From NCBI GenBank assembly GCA_012842045.1, contig DUTP01000005.1, positions 11,332 through 75,331 of the forward strand: 64,000 bases of DNA. Reading direction: 5' to 3'. The number at the start of each line of letters is the position of its first letter. Positions within the stretch are counted from its first letter, which is position 1. The DNA is from Candidatus Dojkabacteria bacterium. GTDB taxonomy: Bacteria > Patescibacteriota > Dojkabacteria > SC72. The position numbers and the translations under genes are program-made. Below are positions 37,743 through 47,518 of the stretch, piece after piece. Under the pieces are notes generated by a model that saw only the letters and a list, made by a program, of their open reading frames with translations, ran no database searches and was not told where the DNA came from.

Positions 37743-38999
37743 TTACAAGGAAAAATTCATTCTTTCCAAATAGCCTTCTGGAGCATCTTGCTTGTCCCAA
37801 TCCTCTATACCAAGGAGTTCCTCAAGACTTGCCTCTCCCTTTTCTCTTCTATCTTTCGCTGTTCTTATTAACAACTCTAATAGAAGGGCTTTTTCGAATT
37901 TCCCCCAGTGGTAGCCATCATAATAATGTCCAAAGAAAGACCTTTCATAAAAAGTAAACCATCGGCTAAGCCCTCTTTCAAGCTGAAGCTCTTCTGGATC
38001 CTTAACACCAAGATCAGCTGCTTTGTATAAGACAAAAAGCTTTGCAGCCTCAACCTGCTCTTTCTCTGTCCCTGCATATTTTCCTTTTGTTGAAGCAGTC
38101 TCTAAATCATCATCCTCGTTAATATGGGGTTCAGGCATATTTTCTTCAAGTAAAGATAATGCTTTTCCTAAGAAAAATAGTTCAGACCTATTTAAGTTAT
38201 TAAGAAGCTCTGGATTCTTAATAACTCCTGCATATTGACCTGCAACTCTTTTAGACCAAGATTCTGTATTTACTTCTTTATTTACTTCATTTATGAAAGT
38301 AGCATAGTCTTTTAACAGTCCAGGATATATATCATTGATTACTCTAAAACCTTCCCATCTTAGATAAGGAGATGCTTGCAAGTCACGCTCATTTCGATAT
38401 ATAGGAAGAATGTCTTCTTCCAATCTCTCCGAGATACTATCTCGCTTCTTAACGAGCTCTGGGTATATACTAAGCATTCTCTTAGTACTAAACCAATTAA
38501 TCCCAGAATTTTCTATAATCTCTTCTGCCCATTCTGGATGTTCATCTAAAATCCCTCCAATAGCTGCTGTAGTATCAGTAATACTATCTATTAATACTGG
38601 ATATAATTTATCCATATTGATAATAGTGTCTTCTAAACTTTTAAGTCTAGTAACATCTTCAAGTTGTTTCATCAATTCAGGTTGTGAGCCTTTGAGTATG
38701 TTTAGAATCCCAGGTTTCCACCCTGTTATTCTTTCTAAAGCTGGAGAAGTACACTCCTCTTCTTGATTCCAAGGCTCAAAAATCTCTGCTAATTCAGGAA
38801 AATTTTCCTTAATGTTTTCCTGTTGTTCTCGAAAAGTAGCAAGAGATGTCGTGAAATCATCAAGAGATCTTTCTTCTTGCTCTCCTGTAGGATCTCCTAC
38901 TACTATTAATCCTGAAAGAACCTCTTTAAGTTTTGCAGGTATCTCGTTTGAATCTTTTGATTCAGGGCTGGATAATTTCTCTAAAGCATTTGTTTCCAT
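37743..38999 (-). CDS. Hypothetical acidic helical protein
   Basis: 418-aa ORF with no recognised motif. Confidence 0.75.
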   Translation of the reverse strand: METNALEKLSSPESKDSNEIPAKLKEVLSGLIVVGDPTGEQEERSLDDFTTSLATFREQQENIKENFPELAEIFEPWNQEEECTSPALERITGWKPGILNILKGSQPELMKQLEDVTRLKSLEDTIINMDKLYPVLIDSITDTTAAIGGILDEHPEWAEEIIENSGINWFSTKRMLSIYPELVKKRDSISERLEEDILPIYRNERDLQASPYLRWEGFRVINDIYPGLLKDYATFINEVNKEVNTESWSKRVAGQYAGVIKNPELLNNLNRSELFFLGKALSLLEENMPEPHINEDDDLETASTKGKYAGTEKEQVEAAKLFVLYKAADLGVKDPEELQLERGLSRWFTFYERSFFGHYYDGYHWGKFEKALLLELLIRTAKDRREKGEASLEELLGIEDWDKQDAPEGYLERMNFSL

Positions 39000-39089
39000 T
39001 GCTTTAAAAATAAAAATTTATTGTGGGGAGTATTCTATTGTAGCAAATATCAAGAGAGCAGGCAAGAGAAATTTCATTGGCAAAATCTA

Positions 39090-39827
39090 TTAATAAAAAT
39101 CATAAAACCACTCTATCTCACACCTAGGATATAGTTCTTTCATATCAAAGAGATTATTTAAATCTTCTATATTCTTTGCCTTAGATAATTTTTCTAAAAA
39201 GATTTTGTACTTCTCTTCCTTAATCTCCCATTCAGAATTAATAAATTGACCCCAAATAACAAGAATTTTTGTTTTAGGATCTCTAGTTCTCATATCTTTT
39301 AGGTATTCTTTTGGAAACAACCTCTTATACTCCTCCCTGTTATACAACCAACTACCTCCTTCTACATATTTAGCTTTGGGATATGTCTCTCTAACCTCCT
39401 CAAACATCTCTTTTAACTCAGCTAATCTTTTAGGTTTTTCACTTAAGGATAATGGTCCATTCTTACTCTTACCGTCATTGAGAAAATGTATCTTTACAAT
39501 ACCTTCTCCATTCTCATCTGCTACATACTTGTATCCAAAACAACCAAACCATTTTTTCTTTTTATCTGGATCTTGATAGTTTCGTATATGTAATTCATAT
39601 GCTACATCTACCATATTCTCTCCTTTTTCATACCTTTCTATTAGTTCTTTCCAATGTTTAGATTCTGGGTCAAAATCCCATGAATAGTTACCTATGAGGA
39701 AGAATATTGGTGTATATTTTTTAATAGATTCAATTATATCTATACCATCTATCTCACCTCTTTTAGAAGCATATTCAATAATCATGTGGAAGAGTTTTTT
39801 AGGATATAGTTCTTTTTTAGGTTGCAT
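39090..39827 (-). CDS. Hypothetical protein
   Basis: 245-aa ORF with conserved-looking segments GGSWLYN..EY.RLFP and WGQF. Confidence 0.75.
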   Translation of the reverse strand: MQPKKELYPKKLFHMIIEYASKRGEIDGIDIIESIKKYTPIFFLIGNYSWDFDPESKHWKELIERYEKGENMVDVAYELHIRNYQDPDKKKKWFGCFGYKYVADENGEGIVKIHFLNDGKSKNGPLSLSEKPKRLAELKEMFEEVRETYPKAKYVEGGSWLYNREEYKRLFPKEYLKDMRTRDPKTKILVIWGQFINSEWEIKEEKYKIFLEKLSKAKNIEDLNNLFDMKELYPRCEIEWFYDFY

Positions 39828-39920
39828 TGAAAAATATATTTAAATCTTTACCTGGTGCGATTATATAACACCAGTAGAACTTATTTTACCATATTAGTAA
39901 TAGTGAGAACTAAAAGATTA

Positions 39921-40733
39921 CTACTTAATAACTTTATCGTAAAGATTATCAAACATCTTTTTTGTTTCGTTGCTTTCACTTAAGCTCGTCATATAATTAT
40001 TCAAGTCATCATAATTGATATTTGATAAAAACTCACTGAAAAATCTCTCTCCTCGTCGTATATTCGTAGATTCAGGAATATATGGATTGTTTTTCATTTT
40101 CTTATTATTAAAGAAAAATAAAATGGGTACTAAGCCATTTCTGTCTGTTATACCTAGCTCTTTTACTAAATATGCATATGTTTTGATAAATTTGCGGTTT
40201 ATATCGACAAATTTACCTGTATCGTGGTCATCATTATATTTGATTTCCAAATAATAATATGTACCTGTTGTTTTATTCTTAAATAATAGATCTATATCAT
40301 GCTTAAAAGTGTTTTGTTTTATATCAGTGTCTTCTAAAATACTTTGCTGTAATTTTGGGAACTCGGTAATACAATATCCTTCTGGCTCTAACTGACATTT
40401 ACTGATGTAGTTATCTATTCTACTTTCATTATTGTTTGAAAGCACAAAAGCACTACTCTTTTTGCCTGAATATTCAGCAACTATTTCATATTCTTCTTCG
40501 TTTTCAATAAGAAGTGACATTAGTTCTTCAATAAAATTACCTAATTGAATATTCATAGACTGCAGTATGCCACCAAAAATACGATAAGATTTCGGAATAA
40601 AATGTATTTTCTTTGTATGTTTATCATCAAGTTTCTTAATAGTTTCTTGACTACCCATTTTCATCAAGATATTTTTAACAACCTTGTTTATAAGTATTTT
40701 TACTTCATCGTTCATTTTTTTTGGAATATTCAT
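39921..40733 (-). CDS. Type II restriction endonuclease, probably HinfI-like (GANTC)
   Basis: Overlaps the MTase 3' end; PD-(D/E)XK-like GNFIEE...DIDLLF...YLEIKYNDDHDTGK. Confidence 0.75.
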   Translation of the reverse strand: MNIPKKMNDEVKILINKVVKNILMKMGSQETIKKLDDKHTKKIHFIPKSYRIFGGILQSMNIQLGNFIEELMSLLIENEEEYEIVAEYSGKKSSAFVLSNNNESRIDNYISKCQLEPEGYCITEFPKLQQSILEDTDIKQNTFKHDIDLLFKNKTTGTYYYLEIKYNDDHDTGKFVDINRKFIKTYAYLVKELGITDRNGLVPILFFFNNKKMKNNPYIPESTNIRRGERFFSEFLSNINYDDLNNYMTSLSESNETKKMFDNLYDKVIK

Positions 40734-41790
40734 ATCTTAAATTATTTATTGGTTTTAGTTTTTTACTTTTCTTAAAATAAAAATAATCCCAACCATTATT
40801 ATTTGTTCGATTGAGGTGTTTTGCCGACATCTTGTGAATCGATAAAACATCTTGTCCGTCATTAGCATAGCCGTCGCTTGTTAAAACTGCAATTTTGTCA
40901 CCTTTTTTGTTATAGAGTTGTTCACCAGTTTTCAAAAGCCCACTTTCTATTAATTGTTTTATACTAACTCTTGGTGGTTTAACTTCTAGTACTAAATTAT
41001 GAATGTCAGAATCATCAACCTTGACTTGTTTTATGCGCTTTTCGGCAGCCTTAATATATTTTTCCTCCATTTCAAAGCCGATATAATTACGGCCAAGTAG
41101 TTTTGCAACCGCACCAGTAGTTCCAGAGCCAAAAAATGGATCTAAAACAACATCATTTGGCTTGCTCGTAGAAAGAATTATTTTATAGAGTAGTTTTTCT
41201 GGCTTTTGTGTTGAATGTAGTTTCTTTCCGTTTCTATCTTTTAATCGTTCACCACCAATACAAATACCAATATCCCAGATGCTTTTATCCTGTTTACCAC
41301 CATTAAGGTGCTTCATCGTCTTGTAATTAAAAGTGTATTTTGATTTTTGATCTTTAGAGCACCAGAGTAAAGTTTCGTGAGAGTTTTGATATCTTGTACC
41401 ACTAAAATTTGGCACAGCATTAGGTTTTGACCAAACAATATCGTTAAGAATCCAAAAACCGAGATTCTGCATGATATAACCCAGACGATAGATATTTTGA
41501 AAAGAGCCAATCACCCAAATAGCTCCATCTGGCTTTAATATTCGTCTACACTCTCGTAGCCATTTTTCGCTAAAATCGTCGTACTCTTTATATGTATTAA
41601 ACTTATCCCATTTATCTTTAACACCATCAAATTTTGAACCATCTGTACGTAATAGTTCGCCTTCAGTTTGCATCCAATATGGTGGATCAGCAAAAATCAA
41701 GTTAATAGAATTGTCAGGGATTAGTGATAGGTTTGCTAGACAGTCACCAGCAATAATAGTGTTAATATATTTGCTTAAATTTTTACTCAT
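40705..41790 (-). CDS. Beta-class N6-adenine DNA methyltransferase, M.HinfI/CcrM-like (GANTC)
   Basis: IFADPPY, WILNDIVWSKPNAVPNFSGTR...HETLLW, HSTQKPE, DPFFGSGTT, C-terminal SIH...NGW domain as in CcrM/M.HinfI. Confidence 0.92.
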   Translation of the reverse strand: MSKNLSKYINTIIAGDCLANLSLIPDNSINLIFADPPYWMQTEGELLRTDGSKFDGVKDKWDKFNTYKEYDDFSEKWLRECRRILKPDGAIWVIGSFQNIYRLGYIMQNLGFWILNDIVWSKPNAVPNFSGTRYQNSHETLLWCSKDQKSKYTFNYKTMKHLNGGKQDKSIWDIGICIGGERLKDRNGKKLHSTQKPEKLLYKIILSTSKPNDVVLDPFFGSGTTGAVAKLLGRNYIGFEMEEKYIKAAEKRIKQVKVDDSDIHNLVLEVKPPRVSIKQLIESGLLKTGEQLYNKKGDKIAVLTSDGYANDGQDVLSIHKMSAKHLNRTNNNGWDYFYFKKSKKLKPINNLRYEYSKKNER

Positions 41791-41806
41791 AGAACACCGT
41801 AATGAT

Positions 41807-41855
41807 GTCTTATGTCGTGGGACAGAGTCGATATAAGACCTTATTATTGTATCAT
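41807..41855 (-). promoter_or_regulatory. MTase promoter with leader inverted repeat containing a GANTC site
   Basis: Minus-strand TGATACAAT followed by an 11-bp inverted repeat (41807-41839) overlapping GAGTC/GACTC at 41825-41829. Confidence 0.55.
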
Positions 41856-41932
41856 AACTTTTATTTTTAGAAAAGCGAAAACAAGACGATGTTACTACTC
41901 GTTTCTAATTCTCATCACTATTAATTAGGAGA

Positions 41933-42354
41933 TGGTGGAGACGATGGGAATTGAACCCATGTCCAAAAGTATCATCTAGTACCATATACAAACATATCTA
42001 ATCTTGTTTAGTAAGATATACCTAAAAGACTAGACAAAAAGTATATCCCCTCAGTTATACTTCTCAATCAACTACCCTACTGACCTGATAGAAGATCGTA
42101 CCCTAATAACGACTGTCTTAGATTCCTCATTAGGGAAAAGAATAAAAGACACTAACCAAAATCAATTAGTTAGACTGATGCAAAATTGTATGCATAGGCT
42201 GGAGCTGCAAATGCTGCTCTTAGTCCTGCGCTTACTTTATCTGCAAAAGCGACGATTTTGTTTTTTACACTTATCTTGTGTGTTAAGAATAACGAACTTA
42301 ACAAACGGTTTGTGATAACTAGAATCAAGCTTCTGTCGATAGCCTGACGTCCCC
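41933..42354 (-). ncRNA. ssrA: tmRNA
   Basis: 5' GGGGACG pairs with 3' CGTCTCC-ACCA (G3:U); T-arm ATGGG-TTCAATT-CCCAT; internal tag ORF at 42268-42170. Confidence 0.95.
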
Positions 42355-42378
42355 ATATTGGTAAAGAACTACTCTATA

Positions 42379-42900
42379 TTATACCATTTCTGAGGGATTT
42401 TTTCTACTCAATGTTGTAAGAATTCTGTTTAAGAGCATAGCATACTCTTCTTCACTAACCTTACAATCAGAGTTCGCGGCAAAACCTGCATCTTTCCTAA
42501 TCATTTCATAGGTAACACCACCTCCTAAATCCTCCCTAAAACCTATTCTATCTATTCTTGTTTCTGCCAAATTCTTATTCGCAATCTCAACGGCTTTCGC
42601 TAAATTGTTACCTGTCTGTTCTATACGTTTAAGAGAATCTATATGGGAAAAAATGATAAAGGTTGTTACTATCTGTGCATGATCTAAATCTTCTGTTTCA
42701 ATGCCAAAGATTTTAAGATATTCTTTTTTTTGATCATCATACTTAGAACTAAAACTTGTAGCTCCCTCTCCCTTATAGTTCAAATTTTCGACTGACAACT
42801 CTACTCTCCTAATATCCTCTTCCGTTATCTCAGTTTTGAAGATTGCTTCTTTTTCAGTAGAATCCATTCCATGTGAACCACCTACCTTAAATATTTCCAT
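42379..42900 (-). CDS. Hypothetical protein
   Basis: 173-aa ORF; its stop codon lies within the TGGTATAAT promoter of tmRNA. Confidence 0.7.
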   Translation of the reverse strand: MEIFKVGGSHGMDSTEKEAIFKTEITEEDIRRVELSVENLNYKGEGATSFSSKYDDQKKEYLKIFGIETEDLDHAQIVTTFIIFSHIDSLKRIEQTGNNLAKAVEIANKNLAETRIDRIGFREDLGGGVTYEMIRKDAGFAANSDCKVSEEEYAMLLNRILTTLSRKNPSEMV

Positions 42901-42970
42901 AATTATAAATATAACAAATTAGTACTCTATTATACCATTTCTAGGTATTTCTACCATTCAAAACACACTT

Positions 42971-43780
42971 TTATTTTAAACTATGACCAAGAGACTTATT
43001 ACTTAGCGCTATTGTATTAAAAAGTATTATCGCATCCAAACCATCTAGGTTCTCTCCAGTCCAAACAATATTACCATCCTCTTTTTGTCTCTTTTCTAAT
43101 ACTACTTTTCCATCAACAAGAATATGATCATCCTGCACTTCTGCATCAATATCATGATATCTCTTGAAAGCTGCTAAAAGAAAAGGTTCCGATTCTTCAA
43201 GATATGGTAACTCAAAAGAATATGAAAGTATATTTGTTTTAACATCTTTCTTGCTATTCCCTATTTCCCATTTAATAATATTTGTCTCAACTATTTCTGA
43301 GCGTATTCCAGGTACATTAATTCCCACATGTTTAAGATACTCAACTAAGCATTCTTGAAAAAAGAGCGCTTGCCAAGCATGATATACATTATGTATATCT
43401 AATCTATCCATTCTTGCATTTAAGTGACGGGGTTCTCCTTCATGAGCATATATATACATCCACACACCATTTCCAGGGTGAGGCATCAATGATTTTAAGT
43501 AATAGGTGCCATTTTCATTCTCTCCCCACTCATCACGGCCATAATTCCCTTCAGGAAAATATCTTTCTTTAATCTTTTCAATTTCAAGTAAGCAATCTAA
43601 GTATTTATCTTTACTCAACTCCAAACCTTCTTCCAACCTTGGTGATAAACCTTTCCTACCTCCATACCACTCGATATCATATTCAACATGTTCATAGTTA
43701 CCCTTTCGGAATATAACATAAGGAATATCAAAATTCTCAAATATTGGCTCAGCAGAATCCTTTATATCTTTTGGATCCAT
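42971..43780 (-). CDS. Hypothetical protein, paralogue of 43840..44631
   Basis: Shared blocks LEEGL/LSEGL, YFPEG/YFPNG, DEW, YLKHVGI/YLGYVGI, GIRSE, NILSYSFELPY/NILSWSFKLPY. Confidence 0.8.
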   Translation of the reverse strand: MDPKDIKDSAEPIFENFDIPYVIFRKGNYEHVEYDIEWYGGRKGLSPRLEEGLELSKDKYLDCLLEIEKIKERYFPEGNYGRDEWGENENGTYYLKSLMPHPGNGVWMYIYAHEGEPRHLNARMDRLDIHNVYHAWQALFFQECLVEYLKHVGINVPGIRSEIVETNIIKWEIGNSKKDVKTNILSYSFELPYLEESEPFLLAAFKRYHDIDAEVQDDHILVDGKVVLEKRQKEDGNIVWTGENLDGLDAIILFNTIALSNKSLGHSLK

Positions 43781-43839
43781 ATATATTTTTTAGTTTAGTT
43801 AAAAATAAAAAACAAGTCTAATATCTTATCCGGAATATT

Positions 43840-44631
43840 TCAATAACACCCCTTAGCAAGTTTCGTATTAGTATTTGCTATCATATTAAAATAGTTTATC
43901 ACTATATCAGGATCTGTAATATTCTCTACTACCCATATCTTCCTTCCTTGTTCATCTGACTTTACTTTAGGAATATTTTTATACCTACTCTCCATCAATT
44001 TATCGACAACAACATGCTCAGAACCTTCAAAATATGGAAGTTTAAAAGACCAAGAAAGGATATTCTTTCTAAATTCTACTACTCTACCATCAGCCTTTGT
44101 TTGCTCACTTATATCTGTACCAAGCACCTCAGAGCGAATACCCCAAGCACCTATACCTACATATCCTAGATATGTTAGTAAACATTCATAAAGAGCAAGA
44201 GCATGCTCTGGAGATTTGATACTACGTGGTATATCTACCAACCAATCACTTTCAAGTTCACTATTCTTTTCTCCTTCACGAGCAAATATACGCAGTTGTA
44301 ATCTCGTATCAGGATTTGGTATCACATTTAAACATGTTAAAGAATTAGTACCATCAAGATACCGTCTCCATTCATCTTGCCCTTGATACCCATTAGGAAA
44401 ATATTTATCTTTAACCAGTTCGATAGCAAAACGACATTCTTCAAGGCTTTCTATAGGTACTCCCAACCCTTCAGATAATTTATTAGTCAGAGCAGATTCA
44501 TGTCTTTGACCCCAAGTTATCCAATAGATGTTGTCTCCTTTAGATGTTCTCTGAGCAATATTAGGAATATCGACATCCAACATGATTCCTGGATCTTTCA
44601 TATCTACAATATCATGTTTCTCTATGTCCAT
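43840..44631 (-). CDS. Hypothetical protein, paralogue of 42971..43780
   Basis: Colinear with the neighbouring ORF and shares its motif blocks. Confidence 0.8.
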   Translation of the reverse strand: MDIEKHDIVDMKDPGIMLDVDIPNIAQRTSKGDNIYWITWGQRHESALTNKLSEGLGVPIESLEECRFAIELVKDKYFPNGYQGQDEWRRYLDGTNSLTCLNVIPNPDTRLQLRIFAREGEKNSELESDWLVDIPRSIKSPEHALALYECLLTYLGYVGIGAWGIRSEVLGTDISEQTKADGRVVEFRKNILSWSFKLPYFEGSEHVVVDKLMESRYKNIPKVKSDEQGRKIWVVENITDPDIVINYFNMIANTNTKLAKGCY

Positions 44632-44723
44632 CAGTAGTATATTATAACATTTAATATAGGCTTACAGCAAGAAAGAAAATTTAGTTAAATCTAAACCAAA
44701 ACTTATGATAGAATGGAAAAGCT

Positions 44724-45500
44724 ATGAAATTACTAACTCAAAACATATATTGTGTAACTACATGGGATTCTAAGAAAGACACTCTCCTAAAAGCATACAA
44801 AGAGATTAATCCAGATATTCTTTGTTTACAAGAATTAATATGTGGAAAAACTAATAGTTCTGAAGAAGTAAATGATATTGAAAAAACACTAAATACTACT
44901 GGTTACTTCACAGACACATTCGAATACATGCCTAATCAAGGCATCTTTGTTAAAAACAAAGATGTTGATGTTATTCAAAAATTCAGATTAAACCATTCCA
45001 ACTTATACAAAGACGGAACCCTTGATAGTCATCCTAGAGTAGTAGTTGCAATGTTATTAGGTATAGAAGGAAAAGAGCTTCTAGTTATTAATCTACATTT
45101 ATCAAAATTCAAACATTTTAGATACCAAAACTGGGAAGAGGTAATGTTTTGGTTAAAGAAATCCGGATTAATAAAGAAAAATATTCTCGTAGTAGGAGAT
45201 TTTAATTCGTATGATAAAGATGATGTTCATAAAACTGTTGAGAAGAGCGGTTTTAAGAATGCTTGGGAAGAAGTGAATAAAGAGAAGTGTATTAGTTACA
45301 ACTCTTCTAAATGGTGGAGTAAAAACTATCCTAATCATCCTGTTAGTAAGATGGCTCATGAGAGAAAAATATCATGGGATGATAATTGTATAGACTTCAT
45401 ATTTTACAAAGGGAACATCAAGATAAATTCGGTAGAGTTATTAGATCTAGTTCCTGAAGGTACAGACCATAGAGGTTTGATATTGGATTTTAGTCTTTAA
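44724..45500 (+). CDS. Endonuclease/exonuclease/phosphatase family protein
   Basis: TQNI, DILCLQE, NLHL, GDFN, IDFIF, TDH motifs. Confidence 0.92.
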   Translation: MKLLTQNIYCVTTWDSKKDTLLKAYKEINPDILCLQELICGKTNSSEEVNDIEKTLNTTGYFTDTFEYMPNQGIFVKNKDVDVIQKFRLNHSNLYKDGTLDSHPRVVVAMLLGIEGKELLVINLHLSKFKHFRYQNWEEVMFWLKKSGLIKKNILVVGDFNSYDKDDVHKTVEKSGFKNAWEEVNKEKCISYNSSKWWSKNYPNHPVSKMAHERKISWDDNCIDFIFYKGNIKINSVELLDLVPEGTDHRGLILDFSL

Positions 45501-46197
45501 TATATCTCCAATGCCAAGGTTCATACATAGTTCCAAACTCATTATCCTTAGGAAATGATTCTTTAAAACCAAATTTCTCTGCATTTTGTACAAGCCATTT
45601 GTATTCCTTAGTATCTTCAAAATATCTATCATCGTGTTCTTGAGGAACACCATCCTCTGTAATGAAATCTATAGCTACATTATCCGCAACACAATGTTCA
45701 CTATATCCAGGCATAGCAACTCTTTCTAATGTTTTTCCTACATCAAATTCATACATATTAAGATACCAAACAAGAAGGAAGAGCTGATATGCAGGAGAAC
45801 GATAACCAGATCTAACTAAAAGTTTCTTACCAATATCTTTAAACATAGCTCTATTCATTTTTTCATATGCCTTATACACCTTCCTTGGTAAATAGCTCTC
45901 CCCTATCTCGTGATACCCCTGTTCTTCAGTATCTGTCTCATATCTTTGTCCTCTTATCTCAACTAAATCTTTAGGTACATCTTGTATACCAAGATATTCA
46001 CCCTTAATACCATAGTCATGGGGATTTATTGTTAAAAGTTTCTTTAAAAATTTAATCTCTTTTCTATTAAGAAAACTGTAGACTGTATCTAAATCTGCTA
46101 TTGAGAACTTTTCTTTTTCTGTTTCTGTAATCTTTTTAAGAAGAGATTTAGTTAATTCTTTTTCTTCTTCTGTTATTGTAAATGGTTTTTGTTTCAT
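45490..46197 (-). CDS. D-Ala-D-Ala carboxypeptidase (M15B, VanY-like)
   Basis: SGYRS, PGYSEH...AID, EPWHWRY. Confidence 0.92.
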   Translation of the reverse strand: MKQKPFTITEEEKELTKSLLKKITETEKEKFSIADLDTVYSFLNRKEIKFLKKLLTINPHDYGIKGEYLGIQDVPKDLVEIRGQRYETDTEEQGYHEIGESYLPRKVYKAYEKMNRAMFKDIGKKLLVRSGYRSPAYQLFLLVWYLNMYEFDVGKTLERVAMPGYSEHCVADNVAIDFITEDGVPQEHDDRYFEDTKEYKWLVQNAEKFGFKESFPKDNEFGTMYEPWHWRYIKD

Positions 46198-46217
46198 TTT
46201 TATTTATTTAATCTTTC

Positions 46218-46955
46218 CTACTTCCTCCTCCCATACTCCCACATACCAATGCTTGTAGCTACTGAAAGGTTTAAAGAATCAATTTCATCTGAATGAGGAA
46301 TGTATATACTCTCACCATTTCTCTTCTCCATTGTTTTGTAACTATCATCTAACCCCCTACCCTCATTACCTTGTATAAAAGAGAATGGTTCTTTGAATTC
46401 AACCTCTAGAATATTCTTTGCACCATCTAACATGAAAGGATACATATTATGCCCCTTGTAAGCCTCTGTATATGCCCTAATTGAGTCGAAATATCTAAAA
46501 TAGACTCTAAACAATGCTCCCATTGTAGACCTAACAACCATAGGGTCAAAAATATCAACACCTGGTTTAATTATTGCAAGATTCTTAAACCCAAAACCAA
46601 CCATAGTTCTAATAATCGTACCTAAATTACCAGTATTACTAGGATTAACTAAAACAATATGATTCTTTTCACTCTCTAAAACCTCTTCATACTTCTCAAA
46701 TATACCTACCACATACGTATTCTCCTTGTATGCAATCCTATCAATTAACTTATCATTCTCCTCAAAAGGAATATTCTCTCTCTTACAAATATCTAATATT
46801 TCAGAAATACCATCACTTTTTAAGCCTTCTTTTTTAACTAAAACCTTTAAAACTTTTTCCTTTTGGAATTTCAAAAGATCTAATACAGGATATGCTCCAA
46901 AAGCATATGAAAAATCAAATTTCTTTTGATATCTTTTTAATTTTGGTAGTTGCAT
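46218..46955 (-). CDS. TrmH/SpoU family RNA methyltransferase
   Basis: GNLGTIIRT, GNEGRGL, IP....DSLNLSVA SPOUT motifs. Confidence 0.93.
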   Translation of the reverse strand: MQLPKLKRYQKKFDFSYAFGAYPVLDLLKFQKEKVLKVLVKKEGLKSDGISEILDICKRENIPFEENDKLIDRIAYKENTYVVGIFEKYEEVLESEKNHIVLVNPSNTGNLGTIIRTMVGFGFKNLAIIKPGVDIFDPMVVRSTMGALFRVYFRYFDSIRAYTEAYKGHNMYPFMLDGAKNILEVEFKEPFSFIQGNEGRGLDDSYKTMEKRNGESIYIPHSDEIDSLNLSVATSIGMWEYGRRK

Positions 46956-46956
46956 A

Positions 46957-47367
46957 TTACTTTTTACCTTTCTTACCTATTATCTCATTTCTAAGTTCAT
47001 TTGCATAACCAAAAAGAAGAGAGATATATGCAAATATTTGAGTGAAAATACCGTGTATAGAATTATTTGTAGTGAAATGGAATATTGCAATTAATGAAAA
47101 AAGTAGTCCAAATATATTCCAATATGTGAAATCATTAAATATCCACGATTTTGTAAATGGTTTGTTATCTTTTTTAAGAAATATTCCTAAAAAGATAGAG
47201 AATATTAAAAGAAGAGATGGAAGTAATATGCTTGTATATGTTATTTCTTTATGAAAAATCTCTTTTAAATCTAGTATTTTAGGAAGGAAAAGGAACAAGA
47301 TTAATGAAATTGTTAGTACAGAGATTTGTATAGTCCAATGTGTTTTATCTATTTTTTGTTTTTTCAT
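46957..47367 (-). CDS. Hypothetical four-TM membrane protein
   Basis: Four hydrophobic segments; SD-like GGGGGAGGA upstream. Confidence 0.7.
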   Translation of the reverse strand: MKKQKIDKTHWTIQISVLTISLILFLFLPKILDLKEIFHKEITYTSILLPSLLLIFSIFLGIFLKKDNKPFTKSWIFNDFTYWNIFGLLFSLIAIFHFTTNNSIHGIFTQIFAYISLLFGYANELRNEIIGKKGKK

Positions 47368-47419
47368 CTATTCCTCCCCCTCTTTGATTATATTCTCTTT
47401 CCTACATTTTTAACAATAT

Positions 47420-47453
47420 TTGACATTTAGCACTCACCGTGTTAAAGTGCTAA
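47420..47453 (+). promoter_or_regulatory. CIRCE (HrcA operator) overlapping the hsp20 promoter
   Basis: TTAGCACTC-N9-AAGTGCTAA at 47427-47453 (one mismatch to CIRCE), within TTGACA-17 nt-TAAAGT. Confidence 0.9.
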
Positions 47454-47518
47454 TAGGTAACAAAGAGAATTCATTCGAATTTTCTTTATCAATTATTTAA
47501 CTTTATTCTACAAAACAT

